The notes: generated by a model from the sequence alone, not told the origin. Numbered from the stretch's first letter, positions 27,397-36,860 are shown. The stretch is DNA of 47,231 nucleotides from Candidatus Saccharimonadota bacterium (GCA_013815785.1 JACDFO010000002.1:1-47231), one strand, 5' to 3'. Program-made: numbers and translations.

Positions 27397-30246
27397 ATGG
27401 CAAACGAATTCGACACGTCTACAAATAAGTCTATACCGAAGAACGTAACAACTACGTCTACTCAAGACATAATCGATTACAAGCATCTGAGCGAACAAAG
27501 GTTTAAGCTCATTATTGAACATGTCCCGGTACTTATTTCGTACGTCGATGCCGGACATCGGTATCGTTTTGTAAACAAACAATACGAAGCTTGGTTTGGG
27601 CATAGTACAGAGGATATCCAAGGTAAGCACTTACGAGAAGTACTGGGTGCGAAGGCCTATAAAGCTTTAAAGCCTCATATTGATAGTGTACTTGCTGGTA
27701 ACACAATAAGTTTTGAGACAAACGTTCCATACAAAGGGGCCGGCAACCGATATGTCAGCGCCAATTACATACCCCACATAGAAGACAACAAAGTAGTCGG
27801 CTTTTTCGTGATGGTTATGGATTTATCTGATCGCAAAAAAATCGAAGAAAATCTTAGATATCGGACGGCCTTACTCGAGGCACAGAGCGAAGCAACACCT
27901 GACGGCATATTGATTGTCGACGCAAGAGGAAAAATGCTGTCATTCAATAAGCGTTTTATACAAATGTGGAAAATTCCAAAGCACATTAGTGGTGCCAACG
28001 ATGACTCGGCGGCGCTTAAATACGCTATGACACAGCTAGTGGACCCAAAGGGCTTTATAGACAGAGTGAACTATTTATACGCTCACCAGGATGAGTCGAG
28101 TCACGAGGAAGTTTACTTTAAGGATGGCCGAGTGTTTGACAGGTATGGTTTGCCGGTTGAAGGCGATGATGGGCAGTACTATGGATGGGCATGGCATTTT
28201 CGTGACATTACTACACAGAAACGAGCAGAGGAAAAAATTATCCTTAGAGAAGAGCAGCTGAGGGTTGCCCTTAAGGCGTCACGGATGGGCGTTTGGGAAT
28301 GGGATAGCCAGAACCGAAAGTTGACGTGGTCAAACGAAGTAAAGCGATTGTACGGTTTAAAGATAAGCGAATCAATTACGTACGAAAAATATATCAGCTT
28401 GCTTCATCCTGATGATCAGCCAAGGATGCAAAAAACAATTGCAAATGCCCAAAAGACGGGAAGTAAATATACTATTGAGCATCGTGTTGTTTGGCCGGAT
28501 GGTAGTATCCACTGGCTTCTTGGGAAGGGTCAGGCATTTTTGGAAAATGGCAAGATAGTGCGGATGGCAGGTATATCGCTAGACATCGATGATCGAAAAA
28601 AGGCCGAAGAATTATACCAGAGCCAAAACGAGTATCTTATAGCTTTGAATGAGACGGCTCTTGAAATTGCTAGAGGTTTGGGAGGTCAATTATCAATACT
28701 AAAAATCATTCTAAGCCGAGCTACTAAGCTGACTCAAACACCAAACGGTTATATCTACCTTATGGATGATGATAAATCTCAATTAAGTGTTCGTGTTGCC
28801 ACAGGAGTTTTTAAGCCTTACATAGGTCATGTGATTAAAAAAGGTGAGGGTTTGGCTGGTAAAGTTTGGAAAACCGGCAAACATCTTACAGTTGGGAATT
28901 ACGATATATGGACCGGGCGGCAGGCTACGTTTCCGAAAGGTATCGTTAGCGCTGCTGTCGGTTTGCCTCTGTACTCCGGTCGAAGGATAATCGGTGTCAT
29001 CGCATTAGGTTACGATACGCCGATTAAGAAATTTCCTGCTGAAAAGATAACCGCATTAAAGCGTTTGGCAGACCTTGCTTCGATTGCGTTGGACAATAGT
29101 AGGTTGTATTTAGAATCTCAAGAACGTGAGGAGCGGTTCAGGACTCTGGCAGACACCGCACCTGTATTCATATGGCTAGCAGATTCAGACAAGAACGTTT
29201 CGTACTTCAATAAAGGTTGGCTAGATTATGCAGGACGTACTTTGGAGCAAGAAATGAATTCTGGCTGGGAAGAGACTATATATCCAGCCGATCTCTTAGA
29301 GTGTAGACGTATATACGAAACATCTTTCGACGCCCGTGTACCCTTTACCCAGGAATACCGCTTAAGACGTCATGATGGGCAATTCAGGTGGATGCTAGAC
29401 ACCGGCATACCGCGGTTCTCTTCAGCTGGTGAATTTCTGGGCTATATCGGCTCGACTGTTGATATTCATGATTTAAAAAATACGACTCAGCGTACCCTGG
29501 AGCTCGAAGCCATTACAGCTAGTTTGACCGAACAGCGTGCTGAGCTAGTGACACTGAACAACGCAAAGGATGAGTTTATTTCATTGGCTTCACACCAGTT
29601 ACGCACCCCTGCAACTGGCGTAAAACAATTTATTGGCATGTTGCTGGAAAATTATTTCGGTGAGCTTACAGAAGATCAGCGCACCATGCTCGATTACGCC
29701 TACGAGAGCAACGAACGGCAGCTAGAAGTCATAAATGACCTCCTAAAAGTAGCTCAGGTGGATGCTGGCAAAGTCGTGCTTGCAAAAGAAAAGCACGATA
29801 TAAGCGATATGCTAGAAGACATCATGCAGGAACAGCGTGCTCAGTTTGCAAAACGCAAACAAAGGGTTGTGCTAGATAGACCTACAGAAGCAATCTTTGC
29901 CCCTGTCGATGTTCGACGCATGCGGATGGTTGTTGAAAACCTTATTGATAATGCTAGTAAATACACGCCAGAAGGCAAACGTATCACCGTAAGTATCAAC
30001 CAAACAAAATCAGGCGAGTTCGTAACAATTAAAGTCAAAGACGAAGGAGTAGGCATTGCAGAAGAAGATATATCCAAACTATTTCAAAAGTTTTCTCGCC
30101 TAGACAATCCGCTTTCTATCCAGGTTGGTGGTACGGGTATTGGGTTGTACTGGGCAAAAAAGATCGTTGATTTGCACGGCGGAAACATTACTATAAAGTC
30201 GATATCGGGCGAAGGTTCGACCTTTATTGTAAAGATTCCTGCTTAA
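27397..30246 (+). CDS. Multi-PAS/GAF sensor histidine kinase
   Basis: 949 aa. At least three PAS repeats, a GAF-like segment (GEGLAGKVWKTGKHL...IGVIALGY), H-box ASHQLRTPATGV, and NLIDNASKYTP, DEGVGI, GTGIGLY. Confidence 0.92.
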   Translation: MANEFDTSTNKSIPKNVTTTSTQDIIDYKHLSEQRFKLIIEHVPVLISYVDAGHRYRFVNKQYEAWFGHSTEDIQGKHLREVLGAKAYKALKPHIDSVLAGNTISFETNVPYKGAGNRYVSANYIPHIEDNKVVGFFVMVMDLSDRKKIEENLRYRTALLEAQSEATPDGILIVDARGKMLSFNKRFIQMWKIPKHISGANDDSAALKYAMTQLVDPKGFIDRVNYLYAHQDESSHEEVYFKDGRVFDRYGLPVEGDDGQYYGWAWHFRDITTQKRAEEKIILREEQLRVALKASRMGVWEWDSQNRKLTWSNEVKRLYGLKISESITYEKYISLLHPDDQPRMQKTIANAQKTGSKYTIEHRVVWPDGSIHWLLGKGQAFLENGKIVRMAGISLDIDDRKKAEELYQSQNEYLIALNETALEIARGLGGQLSILKIILSRATKLTQTPNGYIYLMDDDKSQLSVRVATGVFKPYIGHVIKKGEGLAGKVWKTGKHLTVGNYDIWTGRQATFPKGIVSAAVGLPLYSGRRIIGVIALGYDTPIKKFPAEKITALKRLADLASIALDNSRLYLESQEREERFRTLADTAPVFIWLADSDKNVSYFNKGWLDYAGRTLEQEMNSGWEETIYPADLLECRRIYETSFDARVPFTQEYRLRRHDGQFRWMLDTGIPRFSSAGEFLGYIGSTVDIHDLKNTTQRTLELEAITASLTEQRAELVTLNNAKDEFISLASHQLRTPATGVKQFIGMLLENYFGELTEDQRTMLDYAYESNERQLEVINDLLKVAQVDAGKVVLAKEKHDISDMLEDIMQEQRAQFAKRKQRVVLDRPTEAIFAPVDVRRMRMVVENLIDNASKYTPEGKRITVSINQTKSGEFVTIKVKDEGVGIAEEDISKLFQKFSRLDNPLSIQVGGTGIGLYWAKKIVDLHGGNITIKSISGEGSTFIVKIPA

Positions 30247-30313
30247 CATTTTGTAGAACTGTGTTATAAAAAAGGGAGCAACTGGAGCAAAACTAACCGA
30301 GCTGGAGGCGAGT

Positions 30314-30697
30314 GTGGCAGACATTTTGATAGTAGAAGACAATGATATGTTGAATAAAGCCTACCGGATAATTCTGGAAAAGAATGGGCACAAAGTTGAA
30401 GCAACCACGAATGGGCAAGAAGCCTTGGACGCAGTAAAGCGCTTTAAACCGAAAGTCATTCTACTCGATCTTTTAATGCCCAAAATGGGAGGCATTGAAT
30501 TTTTGCGTAAGTACGATGCCATAAAGTTAAATAAAAACGTCAAGGTCGTGGTACTAACCAATCTAGGCAAAGAAGAAAGTATTCAAGAAGCTATGGATTT
30601 AGGAGCTTACAAATACATCATCAAGGCACATTCTAGTCCTGGAGACCTTGCAAACCTTGTCAATCACCTAATTAAAAAGAACATTGTTAAAGATTAA
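30314..30697 (+). CDS. Single-domain response regulator (receiver only)
   Basis: 127 aa, GTG start with SD GGAGG. ILIVEDN, ILLDLLMPKMGG, VVVLTN..K. Confidence 0.9.
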   Translation: MADILIVEDNDMLNKAYRIILEKNGHKVEATTNGQEALDAVKRFKPKVILLDLLMPKMGGIEFLRKYDAIKLNKNVKVVVLTNLGKEESIQEAMDLGAYKYIIKAHSSPGDLANLVNHLIKKNIVKD

Positions 30698-30946
30698 AAT
30701 AAGTACCAGTAAGCCTAGAATTTTACGGAAATAAGTAGCACCTTTTGTAATCTCTAAATATGCCCACGTAAACAGAAATGCCGTACTTAACTGTTCCAAT
30801 CCATTTTGTATATTAAAATCAGGTATTGCCCAGGCCAGTAGTTTGAAAATAATCCAACCATATAATGGTATGTTTGGCCATTGCCACACTACGGTATTAC
30901 CTTGCCTGTCTTTAAAAAAACTTTTTAAGTGATTCTCGGTAATCAT
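30668..30946 (-). CDS. Hypothetical small membrane protein
   Basis: 92 aa with two or three hydrophobic segments. It overlaps the receiver gene convergently by 30 nt. Confidence 0.4.
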   Translation of the reverse strand: MITENHLKSFFKDRQGNTVVWQWPNIPLYGWIIFKLLAWAIPDFNIQNGLEQLSTAFLFTWAYLEITKGATYFRKILGLLVLILIFNNVLFN

Positions 30947-31061
30947 TGTTTTAGCGTAACAAAATTAAATGAATCACGTGATGAATAATTTGATATTTGC
31001 GAAATATATTGCTGTTAAGTATGTGAAACAACAATATTATGTACACATAATTAAAGGGGGA

Positions 31062-31211
31062 ATGTTTATGTTAGTAATTATCGGGATACTGATAGTTTTA
31101 TGGTTCTTAGGTCTACTAGGAAATATTGGCGGGGGTCTGATTCATATATTGCTGGTGATTGCACTGATTGTGTTTATCTATAATATGATTACTGGTCGTC
31201 GCGGCATATAG
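31062..31211 (+). CDS. Small membrane protein resembling the lmo0937 family
   Basis: MFMLVIIGILIVLWFLGLLGNIGGGLIHILLVIALIVFIYNMITGRRGI. The start is set after SD AAGGGGG; the longer ORF from 30969 has no support. Confidence 0.6.
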   Translation: MFMLVIIGILIVLWFLGLLGNIGGGLIHILLVIALIVFIYNMITGRRGI

Positions 31212-31239
31212 CTTAGATTTTAAAGTCAGGCGTACTGTA

Positions 31240-31279
31240 AATTAATAAATCCCACTGTTGATAATGGGATTTATTAATT
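31240..31279. terminator. Perfect 15-bp inverted repeat (bidirectional terminator-like hairpin)
   Basis: AATTAATAAATCCCA (31240-31254) pairs with TGGGATTTATTAATT (31265-31279), between the small membrane gene and the tRNA-Lys 3' end. Confidence 0.55.
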
Positions 31280-31355
31280 GGAGGGCCAGCGGGGACTTGA
31301 ACCCCGGACACCCTGCTTAAGAGGCAGGTGCTCTAACCAGCTGAGCTACTGGCCC
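31279..31355 (-). tRNA. tRNA-Lys (anticodon CTT), CCA encoded
   Basis: The reverse complement is GGGCCAG TA GCTC AGCTGGTTA GAGC A CCTGC CTCTTAA GCAGG GTGTC CGGGG TTCAAGT CCCCG CTGGCCC T CCA. Confidence 0.9.
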
Positions 31356-31357
31356 TC

Positions 31358-31437
31358 GTCAGAACCGACGGTCAGATTCCGTAAAGTCAATATGTAAATT
31401 GTCATTACTTCACCTTCTAGTCGCTTCTTCCTCTCAA
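31358..31437 (-). promoter_or_regulatory. Conserved tRNA-upstream module, copy 2
   Basis: In minus-strand orientation it reads TTGAGAGGAAGAAGCGACTAGAAGGTGAA ... CGGAATCTGACCGTCGGTTCTGAC and sits immediately 5' of tRNA-Lys. Block 1 differs from copy 1 at 1 of 29 positions. Confidence 0.45.
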
Positions 31438-31567
31438 AATTCTAAACAGAAATTAAAATTTCTTGGTTTAAAATTTTTGGATAGCTGCAAAAAAGCAACA
31501 GGGGAAACTTTAACAGATTACATCTGTTATTTCAAGAAGGGCTGAGTTTAAAGCCTAACGAACACAT

Positions 31568-32446
31568 ATGTTTAAACTTTGGTATAATCAAATGATGAAA
31601 AAGAATATTTTTGTATCTATATTTATCAGTCTCGTAACATTGTTATTGCTGGCCCCAAGTGTAATGGCGGCTAGACCAGTTGCCGGTGACACGACTACTA
31701 AACCACTCGGAATCGATGTGTCTTGGCCGCAATGTGGTAAACAGCTCCCCACCAATCATGCGTTTGGTATTGTCGGTGTAAACGGTGGGCTAGCAACAAC
31801 TACAAACCCTTGTCTAAAGGATCAGCTGGTTTGGGCAAAAAAGTCTATCGGTGGCACAGTTCAGGATAAAATACAGCTGTATGTAAACACTGCTAATCCT
31901 GGTGGACTGAACACAGCCTCATGGCCTAAAAACAATATAGATCCAGCAGACACTTCGGTTTCTAATCCCTACGGCGTTTGCGACGGTAAGGATACACTGC
32001 CATGTGCGTGGCAATATGGTTGGAACAGAGCATTAGAAGATGTCCGCGACCGCTTTCAACCGGCAGCCACTCAAGCTATTGTCAGCACTTCCCCTGCATC
32101 GTATATATGGTGGCTAGACGTGGAGACAGAAAACACTTGGAAGCTATCTGGTACATCTTTTGATTATGAGAGCAACACAGCTGTATTAGAAGGAATGACA
32201 GCATATTTTAAAACAGTAAATGGAAGAGTCGGTATTTATGCTACTGGCTCACAGTGGGCACAAATAGTCGGCAATGCTGTCGGCCCGAATAGTAATTTGA
32301 TTGGATTAAATAATTGGCGACCAGGTGGTGCAAGTTTGAGCACTGCCAAACAAGCTTGTTCTGCAACACCGCTAACGACCGGTGGTAATGTCGTGTTGAC
32401 ACAGTTTATTTCAAAAGGACTAGACTACAATTATTCCTGCGTTTAG
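31568..32446 (+). CDS. Secreted GH25-like / lysozyme-like TIM-barrel protein (putative cell-wall hydrolase)
   Basis: 292 aa; the likely start is MMKKNIF at 31592/31595. Signal peptide ending VMA, then LGIDVSWPQCG...FGIVGVNGG, which resembles muramidase-like glycoside hydrolase domains. Confidence 0.5.
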   Translation: MFKLWYNQMMKKNIFVSIFISLVTLLLLAPSVMAARPVAGDTTTKPLGIDVSWPQCGKQLPTNHAFGIVGVNGGLATTTNPCLKDQLVWAKKSIGGTVQDKIQLYVNTANPGGLNTASWPKNNIDPADTSVSNPYGVCDGKDTLPCAWQYGWNRALEDVRDRFQPAATQAIVSTSPASYIWWLDVETENTWKLSGTSFDYESNTAVLEGMTAYFKTVNGRVGIYATGSQWAQIVGNAVGPNSNLIGLNNWRPGGASLSTAKQACSATPLTTGGNVVLTQFISKGLDYNYSCV

Positions 32447-32504
32447 AACTCGTTAACTCACTAATAATTGAGACTATTACCAGAGGTGATACAATGAGCG
32501 ATGT

Positions 32505-33320
32505 ATGAAAATATTGAATGGTAAAGAGTTGGCCGAATATATCAAGCAGCGACAAGCCGGGGAAGTGCGTGCTCTAAGACAAGCCCATCACATATTTCCG
32601 AAGCTGGCTATCGTATTATGTAACGACGACCCAGTCATAAATACATATATTCGACTGAAAAAGAAATATGGCGCAGAAATCCAAATTGATGTCGATGTAT
32701 ATGATATTTCTCAGCAAGAAATTGCGAAAAATTTGCAATCTCTAAATGCAGATGAATCCGTTCATGGCATTATAGTTCAGCTACCATTAATTGATACAAG
32801 CGAGACTGACGAAATTGTAAATATGGTAAGCCCAGATAAGGACGTAGATGCACTAGGAGCAAAAGCTCAGTTTGAGCCAGCAACACCCATGGCTATCCAG
32901 TGGCTTTTAGCTGGTTATAATGTCGACTTACAAGGCAAGAAAGTATTATTGGTTGGTCGGGGTAAATTAGTTGGAGCACCCTTAGAGAAAATCCTAACCC
33001 AATCTGGCGTTGATGTGATTGTAGCAGATCGTGACACAGAAACCCTGTCGCAGTTAAGTAAAAATTCGGACGTGATTATTACTGCTACCGGCAGTCCAGC
33101 AATTATATATTCAGATATGGTCAAGCAAGGTGCAGTGGTAGTAGATGCCGGAGTAGCCAGCGAAGATGGTAAAACTGTAGGTGATGTGGCGCCAGATGTT
33201 TATGACCGTGACGACATAACTATTACACCCACAAAAGGCGGCGTGGGTCCTTTGACTGTTTCCGCCTTGTTTGAGAATGTCATTCGGGCAGCTAAGCGCA
33301 AGGTTGACCAAAACAAGTGA
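32505..33320 (+). CDS. folD: Bifunctional methylenetetrahydrofolate dehydrogenase/cyclohydrolase
   Basis: 271 aa. HGIIVQLPL, VGRGKLVGAPL, TPTKGGVGPLTV. Confidence 0.92.
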   Translation: MKILNGKELAEYIKQRQAGEVRALRQAHHIFPKLAIVLCNDDPVINTYIRLKKKYGAEIQIDVDVYDISQQEIAKNLQSLNADESVHGIIVQLPLIDTSETDEIVNMVSPDKDVDALGAKAQFEPATPMAIQWLLAGYNVDLQGKKVLLVGRGKLVGAPLEKILTQSGVDVIVADRDTETLSQLSKNSDVIITATGSPAIIYSDMVKQGAVVVDAGVASEDGKTVGDVAPDVYDRDDITITPTKGGVGPLTVSALFENVIRAAKRKVDQNK

Positions 33321-33883
33321 GTACTTTGCGTGAACGTGTTTTGAAAACTTCTTTTCAGCGTTATGACGGTTCATTTGCGAGTGGAAAGATGGCAAATAAC
33401 AAGCTCGAGCTGGAACTGATACCAAAACGTAATAAAGCACTAGGCTATGTAATCGTTACCAGCATTGGAAATATAGCCATGTCTTATAAGCCCCAGTTCG
33501 TCGTAGCGGTGCCTGACGGTGCAAACTGGATAGCGAAGGGAATCGCAAAGCAGCAGGAAATACCTTTGATCAAATTAAAGAAAGATCCAGAAACTAAAGC
33601 AATCAGTTTTCGATATAAGACTGACCAGCGACGCTGTTCAAAAGCAGAAAGAGGTGTGTTGGTAGAGGATGCTTTCAATGAGTTTACCAATACCCGCCGA
33701 GTGCTGGAAATACCGGAACTTGATGAGCGTATCGTAGCAGTATTAGGCATTTGGGATCGTGGAATACACGAAAGTGCTGGCGGAGACCGCCAAGAACTCT
33801 CGCTGCCGACTCGCGCGCTGCTTACCGAGCATATTCCTGCAGTGCTTCCAGAGGATTCAGAACTATGGAAGTTTGCCAAATGA
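33317..33883 (+). CDS. Phosphoribosyltransferase-fold protein with a divergent PRPP loop
   Basis: 188 aa. The pattern VVAVPDGANWIA ... GVLVEDAFNEFTNTRR sits where type I PRTases have VLLVDDVxTTGxT. Confidence 0.4.
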   Translation: MSTLRERVLKTSFQRYDGSFASGKMANNKLELELIPKRNKALGYVIVTSIGNIAMSYKPQFVVAVPDGANWIAKGIAKQQEIPLIKLKKDPETKAISFRYKTDQRRCSKAERGVLVEDAFNEFTNTRRVLEIPELDERIVAVLGIWDRGIHESAGGDRQELSLPTRALLTEHIPAVLPEDSELWKFAK

Positions 33884-34533
33884 TCACAGTTGGCGTATTT
33901 GATTCAGGAGTAGGAGGTAAATCAGTCGTGAATGCGATTGAGGCCGCCCTGCCGGATATAAAAATCGTGTATGCGGAAGATAAAGAAAATGTACCGTATG
34001 GTACAAAAAATCCAGATGAATTATATAGGTTAGTATTACCAATACTTAACATGTTAAGTAAGCAGGGATGCGATGTAATTATCATCGCCTGTAACACAGT
34101 TACGACAACCATCATTGAGCGTTTGCGTTTAGAACTCCCCTTGCCTCTCATCGGCATAGAGCCGATGGTTAAGCCAGCCGCCGAAATGTCAAAAACTGGA
34201 ATCATCGCAATGTGTGCGACACCAACTACGCTACAAAGTGCGCGTTATGCTTGGCTTAAGGAAAACTATGCAAAAAACATCCAAGTATTAGAACCTGATT
34301 GCAGTGATTGGGCATCGCTCATCGAAACTGATCAACTTGATCACGAAATAATCAAAAGTCGCATAGAAGAGGTGTGTAAAAAAGGCGCAGATGCGATTGT
34401 CTTAGGCTGTACGCACTACCACTGGATAGAACATGACATTCAAATGATTGCCGATGAATACGGTGCTATTGTGATACAACCGGAGAAACCGATCATCGAA
34501 CAGCTTAAGAAAGTTCTGTCACAGCTTTCTTAA
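33880..34533 (+). CDS. murI: Glutamate racemase
   Basis: The start MITVGVFDSGVGG overlaps the upstream stop (ATGA). It has both catalytic Cys motifs, IIACNT and LGCTHY. Confidence 0.9.
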   Translation: MITVGVFDSGVGGKSVVNAIEAALPDIKIVYAEDKENVPYGTKNPDELYRLVLPILNMLSKQGCDVIIIACNTVTTTIIERLRLELPLPLIGIEPMVKPAAEMSKTGIIAMCATPTTLQSARYAWLKENYAKNIQVLEPDCSDWASLIETDQLDHEIIKSRIEEVCKKGADAIVLGCTHYHWIEHDIQMIADEYGAIVIQPEKPIIEQLKKVLSQLS

Positions 34534-35980
34534 ATTCTTCACCCCTGTGTTTATAATTTTTGAATAAACCGAAGCTTGCACATGCGGTAGATAGTAGTAC
34601 AACATCACCGTTTTGTGCTTTCGTATGTGCTGCATTTACGATTTCGGCCATTGTGGAGCCACCGTCGGTAATACTATCATAACCTTGAGTTCGCAAGGCC
34701 TCTGCTATAGCTGGGCCTGTGGCACCGATACTTATGACATGACGAACGTGCTGGGTAGCTACTGCAACAGCTAGCTTTTCGTACTTAGCTGCTTTGTCTG
34801 AACCGCCGAGAATGACTACTTTTGGTTCTATGAACGCTTCAATCGCCACGATAGCCGTCTCGGGAGTGGTGCCGAAGGAGTCATCGTAGTATTTGATACC
34901 GTCAAGTTCTCGTACAAGCTCTAGACGATGTTCTAGGCCCGTAAAGCTGGTCAGAACATCGCGTATTGCGTCTACATCCTTGGTAACCTGCCAAACCGCC
35001 GTAACGGCTGCGCAGACATTTTGCCAATTGTGCTTTCCAAGCAGCTTAAGTTCGTCAGTTTTACAAATTATTTGATTGCCGATAACTATTTCACTGTTTA
35101 CTACCTTTGCACCTGGAGCTTCCATGTATGGTATTTTGATACCGACAGACGTGCTTGCAACGCTAACAGAGTTATCGTTGGCAGCATAGTAAATAGCAAT
35201 GTCATTTTCTTTTTGATTAATAAAAAGCTGCTGTTTAGCGGCTACATACTCTTCAAAAGCCAGTGCTTGTGCTTGCTCATTTTCATAGCTAGATGAGGAG
35301 CTAGCAGTTGTAGCAGGTGCTTCAAGCACCTGCTGAGGCGTACCCGTAGGTACGTCGAGGGAGTGAATGGAGTTGCCTGATGCAGCTGATTGCTGATCAG
35401 ACCTATGATAATGGGCGGGTTCAAGTGCTTGATGCCAATCCATATGCTCGGGCTCAACCATTAAGCAAACGGCGATATGCGGCGAAAATCTTAGATCGAT
35501 GAGCTGAAAGTTAGCTAACTCCAATATTACCCAATCTCCGGGCAAAATATTGTTTTTAAGCAGTTCTAAAGGGGGGATGCCGATATTACCTCCAAGGTGT
35601 ACGCGTTTGCCAGCGGTTTCTAACATCTTTGCAATCAGCGTACTGGTTGTGCCTTTGCCTTTAGTGCCAGTGACTCCAATAATATTTTTGCTGGGACAAA
35701 CTTTAAAAAATTCATTAGTATTAGACCAAACTTTATCAAGAATTTGCGAATTATTCGCGTTAGCATTCATAATATTTTTGGGATGCAGAGCAGGTGTCCT
35801 AATAATCAATTCAAATCGATCTAAGTTCTTTAAATAGTCTACTCCCAGCTGTGAACTAGCATTGCCGGGAATAGTAATATTTTCATCAGAATCACAAACG
35901 GTGAGCTCGTTTTCAGGAGAATCCCAATACCTATACGAGCTTTGTCCTTGGCCAGCATATCCTAATATAGCAATCTTCAT
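34505..35980 (-). CDS. murD: UDP-N-acetylmuramoylalanine--D-glutamate ligase (MurD) with a low-complexity insertion
   Basis: 491 aa. GVTGTKGKGTTSTLIAKML P-loop, GNIGIP and the C-terminal Mur ligase domain. The ~58-aa insert QALEPAHYHRSDQQSAASGNS...SSSSSYENEQAQA follows HMDWH. Confidence 0.9.
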   Translation of the reverse strand: MKIAILGYAGQGQSSYRYWDSPENELTVCDSDENITIPGNASSQLGVDYLKNLDRFELIIRTPALHPKNIMNANANNSQILDKVWSNTNEFFKVCPSKNIIGVTGTKGKGTTSTLIAKMLETAGKRVHLGGNIGIPPLELLKNNILPGDWVILELANFQLIDLRFSPHIAVCLMVEPEHMDWHQALEPAHYHRSDQQSAASGNSIHSLDVPTGTPQQVLEAPATTASSSSSYENEQAQALAFEEYVAAKQQLFINQKENDIAIYYAANDNSVSVASTSVGIKIPYMEAPGAKVVNSEIVIGNQIICKTDELKLLGKHNWQNVCAAVTAVWQVTKDVDAIRDVLTSFTGLEHRLELVRELDGIKYYDDSFGTTPETAIVAIEAFIEPKVVILGGSDKAAKYEKLAVAVATQHVRHVISIGATGPAIAEALRTQGYDSITDGGSTMAEIVNAAHTKAQNGDVVLLSTACASFGLFKNYKHRGEEFKKAVTELS

Positions 35981-35998
35981 TGCTTGTATTGTATCAGT

Positions 35999-36370
35999 CT
36001 AGGTAGTAAGTTCGGTTTTAACCATTTCAGCAACCTGCCGTGGAGTCATTTCTGCCTTGACTATAAAACGTCGTACACCGTTCTCGCGCAGGGTTGTAGG
36101 TGCTTCTTGTTCGCCCATATTGGTCAAGATAATAACCTTAGTATCCTTACCCCAATCTGTTTTACGCAGTTCTATCAGCATTTCATCGCCAGACATTTCG
36201 GGCATCATAAGATCTAACAAAATAATATCTGGCTGCATTTTTTCGACCAGCTCTAGGCCTAGCTTACCATTTTCTGCTGTCTCTACTTCGAAGCCTTCCG
36301 CCTCAAACTTAATGCGGTACATCTGGGAAATTGCTTGGTCGTCTTCGATAATCGCAACTTTAGTGGCCAT
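35999..36370 (-). CDS. Single-domain response regulator (receiver only)
   Basis: 123 aa. VAIIEDD, ILLDLMMPEMSG, VIILTN..K. Confidence 0.9.
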   Translation of the reverse strand: MATKVAIIEDDQAISQMYRIKFEAEGFEVETAENGKLGLELVEKMQPDIILLDLMMPEMSGDEMLIELRKTDWGKDTKVIILTNMGEQEAPTTLRENGVRRFIVKAEMTPRQVAEMVKTELTT

Positions 36371-36394
36371 ATATGTATCCTACCCTAGTATTTG

Positions 36395-36763
36395 TTACGC
36401 CGCTAGGGCTTCTTGCACTACTACTACAACCTGGGACGGTGTGTAATTAGCTTTGACCATATATCGTAAAATACCCAATTCGTATAAACCATCAGGCGCT
36501 TCGTATTCACTGATATTTGTCAGAATTATCACTTTCGTATCTTTGCCGTTCTCAGTTTTACGGTAGTTGGCTAATACTTCACTTCCGGTCATCTGGGGAA
36601 GCATAAGATCCAGAAGCACAAGGTCAAACTTGGTGGTATAGATCATATCCAGCCCTGCTTGACCATCATAAGCCACAATGCATTCATACCCAGCAGACTC
36701 AAGTTTAATCTTGTACATGTCAGCAAGTGAAATGTCATCTTCTATAATAGCTATCTTAGGCAT
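36395..36763 (-). CDS. Single-domain response regulator (receiver only)
   Basis: Start at MPKIAIIEDD (36763). VLLDLMLPQMTG, VIILTN..K. It sits in tandem with the previous receiver. Confidence 0.88.
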   Translation of the reverse strand: MPKIAIIEDDISLADMYKIKLESAGYECIVAYDGQAGLDMIYTTKFDLVLLDLMLPQMTGSEVLANYRKTENGKDTKVIILTNISEYEAPDGLYELGILRYMVKANYTPSQVVVVVQEALAA

Positions 36764-36830
36764 TATTAATCTGATTATATACTTAAAACGTAAGAGAAGA
36801 AACTCCACCACAACCATGGGTGTATAAATA

Positions 36831-36860
36831 TTGACAATTAGTCATACTTATTGTTTTAAT
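36831..36860 (+). promoter_or_regulatory. Sigma70-like promoter (TTGACA, 18 nt, TTTAAT) predicting a leaderless mRNA
   Basis: TTGACA at 36831-36836 and TTTAAT at 36855-36860. The ATG at 36867 lies 7 nt after the -10 box and has no SD upstream. Confidence 0.45.
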
